A stretch of DNA of 64,000 nucleotides from an uncultured Pseudomonadales bacterium (GTDB taxonomy: Bacteria > Pseudomonadota > Gammaproteobacteria > Pseudomonadales > UBA7434): assembly GCA_964504585.1 (NCBI GenBank), contig CAZDEW010000001.1:95868-159867 (forward strand). The letters are read 5' to 3'. A program made the translations under genes and the position numbers. Below are positions 62,803 to 64,000 of the stretch, one piece after another (position 1 is the stretch's first letter; the number at the start of each line of letters is the position of its first letter). The notes below the pieces were generated by a model. It did no database searches and was not told the DNA's origin. It saw nothing but the letters and a program-made list of their open reading frames with translations.

Positions 62803-64000
62803 TCAATCAAGCGATTCGCTCAACTCGAATCGCTTGATTTTACCTAAAGGGTTACGCGGCAGTGCGTCAAACAGGACGATGCGCTCGGGTAGCTTAAACT
62901 TGGCCAGTCCTTTATCAAGTAACCAGGCTTGTAAGGATTCTAAAGTCGGAGCGGCGCTTCCGGGCGCCATCACCATACAAGCACAAATCTTCTCGCTCAG
63001 TCGCTCATCCGGGTAGGCACATACTGCAGCCTCGAGTGCATCGGGGTAACTTTCCAGAAGTAGATCAATTTCTGTGGGTGATATTTTCATGCCACCGCGA
63101 TTGATAATGTCTTTGCAGCGGCCGACGATTCGATAGTATTCATCATGTTCGCCACAGATCTCAACAAGATCACCGGTTCGAAAAAAACCTTGCGGGTCAA
63201 ACACGTCTTTATTGTCATGCTCTAGATAGCCGTCGAAGACAGTGGCGCCCTTAACAAGCAGCTCGCCTCGCTCACCCTTGTTGCGTTTGACCTCACCGGT
63301 TTCAGGATCGGCGACTTTAGTGGTAGAGAATTGACTGTCCTCAGGCTTTTTGAACATGCCGGCACGGGTTTCTGCATCAGGCGCGTTCTCGGGCGTCGCG
63401 TAAAGGGCGATACCTTCATTGGAGCCATACATGTTGACGACTTCTATGCCAAACTCTTCGCGAAAGGTTTTGATCATCCACGGTGCTAAAGGAGCGGAGC
63501 CGGAGGCTAAGGTCCGGATTGAATCAAGCTCTAGCTGGCGCCAGCTTTGCGGGTTCTTCGCGAGCTGATTAAGCATGGCAGGTGGGACCACCGTATAGCT
63601 GACCGATTCCTGTTTGAGCTGCTGCAGAAAGATCGCAGGATCAAACGGGTGATGCAGAAATAGCGGGCAACCGAAGAGCAATGCGGGCACTAACAGGCCG
63701 CCAATGGCCGCCATGTTGACCAGGGGGAATGGGCATAGCAAGCGATCATTGAAATTAACGCTAGCCGCAGTTGCAGAAGTCCTACCGCTCGCTAACCACA
63801 TATTGTGCGAGCGTGGAACGCCTTTGGGACTGCCTGTTGTGCCCGACGTCCAGACAATGGTGAGTATCTGATTGGCGTCTTTAGCGCAGGTAAAACCAGC
63901 CTTGTTCACAGGATCAAGTGATACGCCTTCATCCTGTTTCAAAACGAGACCGGCGCCAAACTCCAGTACGTTTACCTCAGGGAGAGCGGCTCGCGCATTA
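62803..64000 (-). CDS. Class I adenylate-forming enzyme (acyl-CoA ligase), 5' truncated by window
   Basis: WTSGTTGSPKG, YGSNE, FRTGDL, GR.KD.INRGG, P.NP.GK; frame open to window edge. Confidence 0.9.
   Translation of the reverse strand, partial: NARAALPEVNVLEFGAGLVLKQDEGVSLDPVNKAGFTCAKDANQILTIVWTSGTTGSPKGVPRSHNMWLASGRTSATAASVNFNDRLLCPFPLVNMAAIGGLLVPALLFGCPLFLHHPFDPAIFLQQLKQESVSYTVVPPAMLNQLAKNPQSWRQLELDSIRTLASGSAPLAPWMIKTFREEFGIEVVNMYGSNEGIALYATPENAPDAETRAGMFKKPEDSQFSTTKVADPETGEVKRNKGERGELLVKGATVFDGYLEHDNKDVFDPQGFFRTGDLVEICGEHDEYYRIVGRCKDIINRGGMKISPTEIDLLLESYPDALEAAVCAYPDERLSEKICACMVMAPGSAAPTLESLQAWLLDKGLAKFKLPERIVLFDALPRNPLGKIKRFELSESLD

Overview
Core chromosomal region of a Gammaproteobacterium with Pseudomonadales/Cellvibrionales-like gene order (likely marine; taxonomy is inference). 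Housekeeping blocks: algZ/algR-hemCDXY, queG, nnr-tsaE-amiB-mutL-miaA-hfq-hflXKC-hisZ-purA, trpE-G-D-C, rpe, murU-amgK, lptD-surA-pdxA-rsmA-apaG-apaH-cca, folB-tsaD, rpsU-yqeY-dnaG-rpoD, cysK, tRNA(CAT, Ile2-type), fklB, then accessory redox/lipid genes. The unusual signal is mostly non-coding: (1) an unannotated ~210-nt transcription unit with IHF site, sigma54 promoter and terminator between trpE and rpe (candidate novel sRNA); (2) a 314-bp IS5-type MITE abutting the trpG stop codon inside the trp operon; (3) a 1.19-kb integrase-less islet in the tRNA bounded by 47-bp att repeats and carrying a single CTERM-sorted surface protein; (4) a 1237-aa di-heme oxidoreductase with an internal CTERM-like sorting signal; (5) long structured RNA regions after rpsU and before rpoD and hfq; (6) a single-Trp trpE leader peptide, a tailed CsrA paralog, and a sphingosine-1-phosphate-lyase-like gene paired with a DUF819 membrane protein. 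No CRISPR, rRNA, transposase or integrase seen. All calls were made by eye; no searches or folding programs were run.
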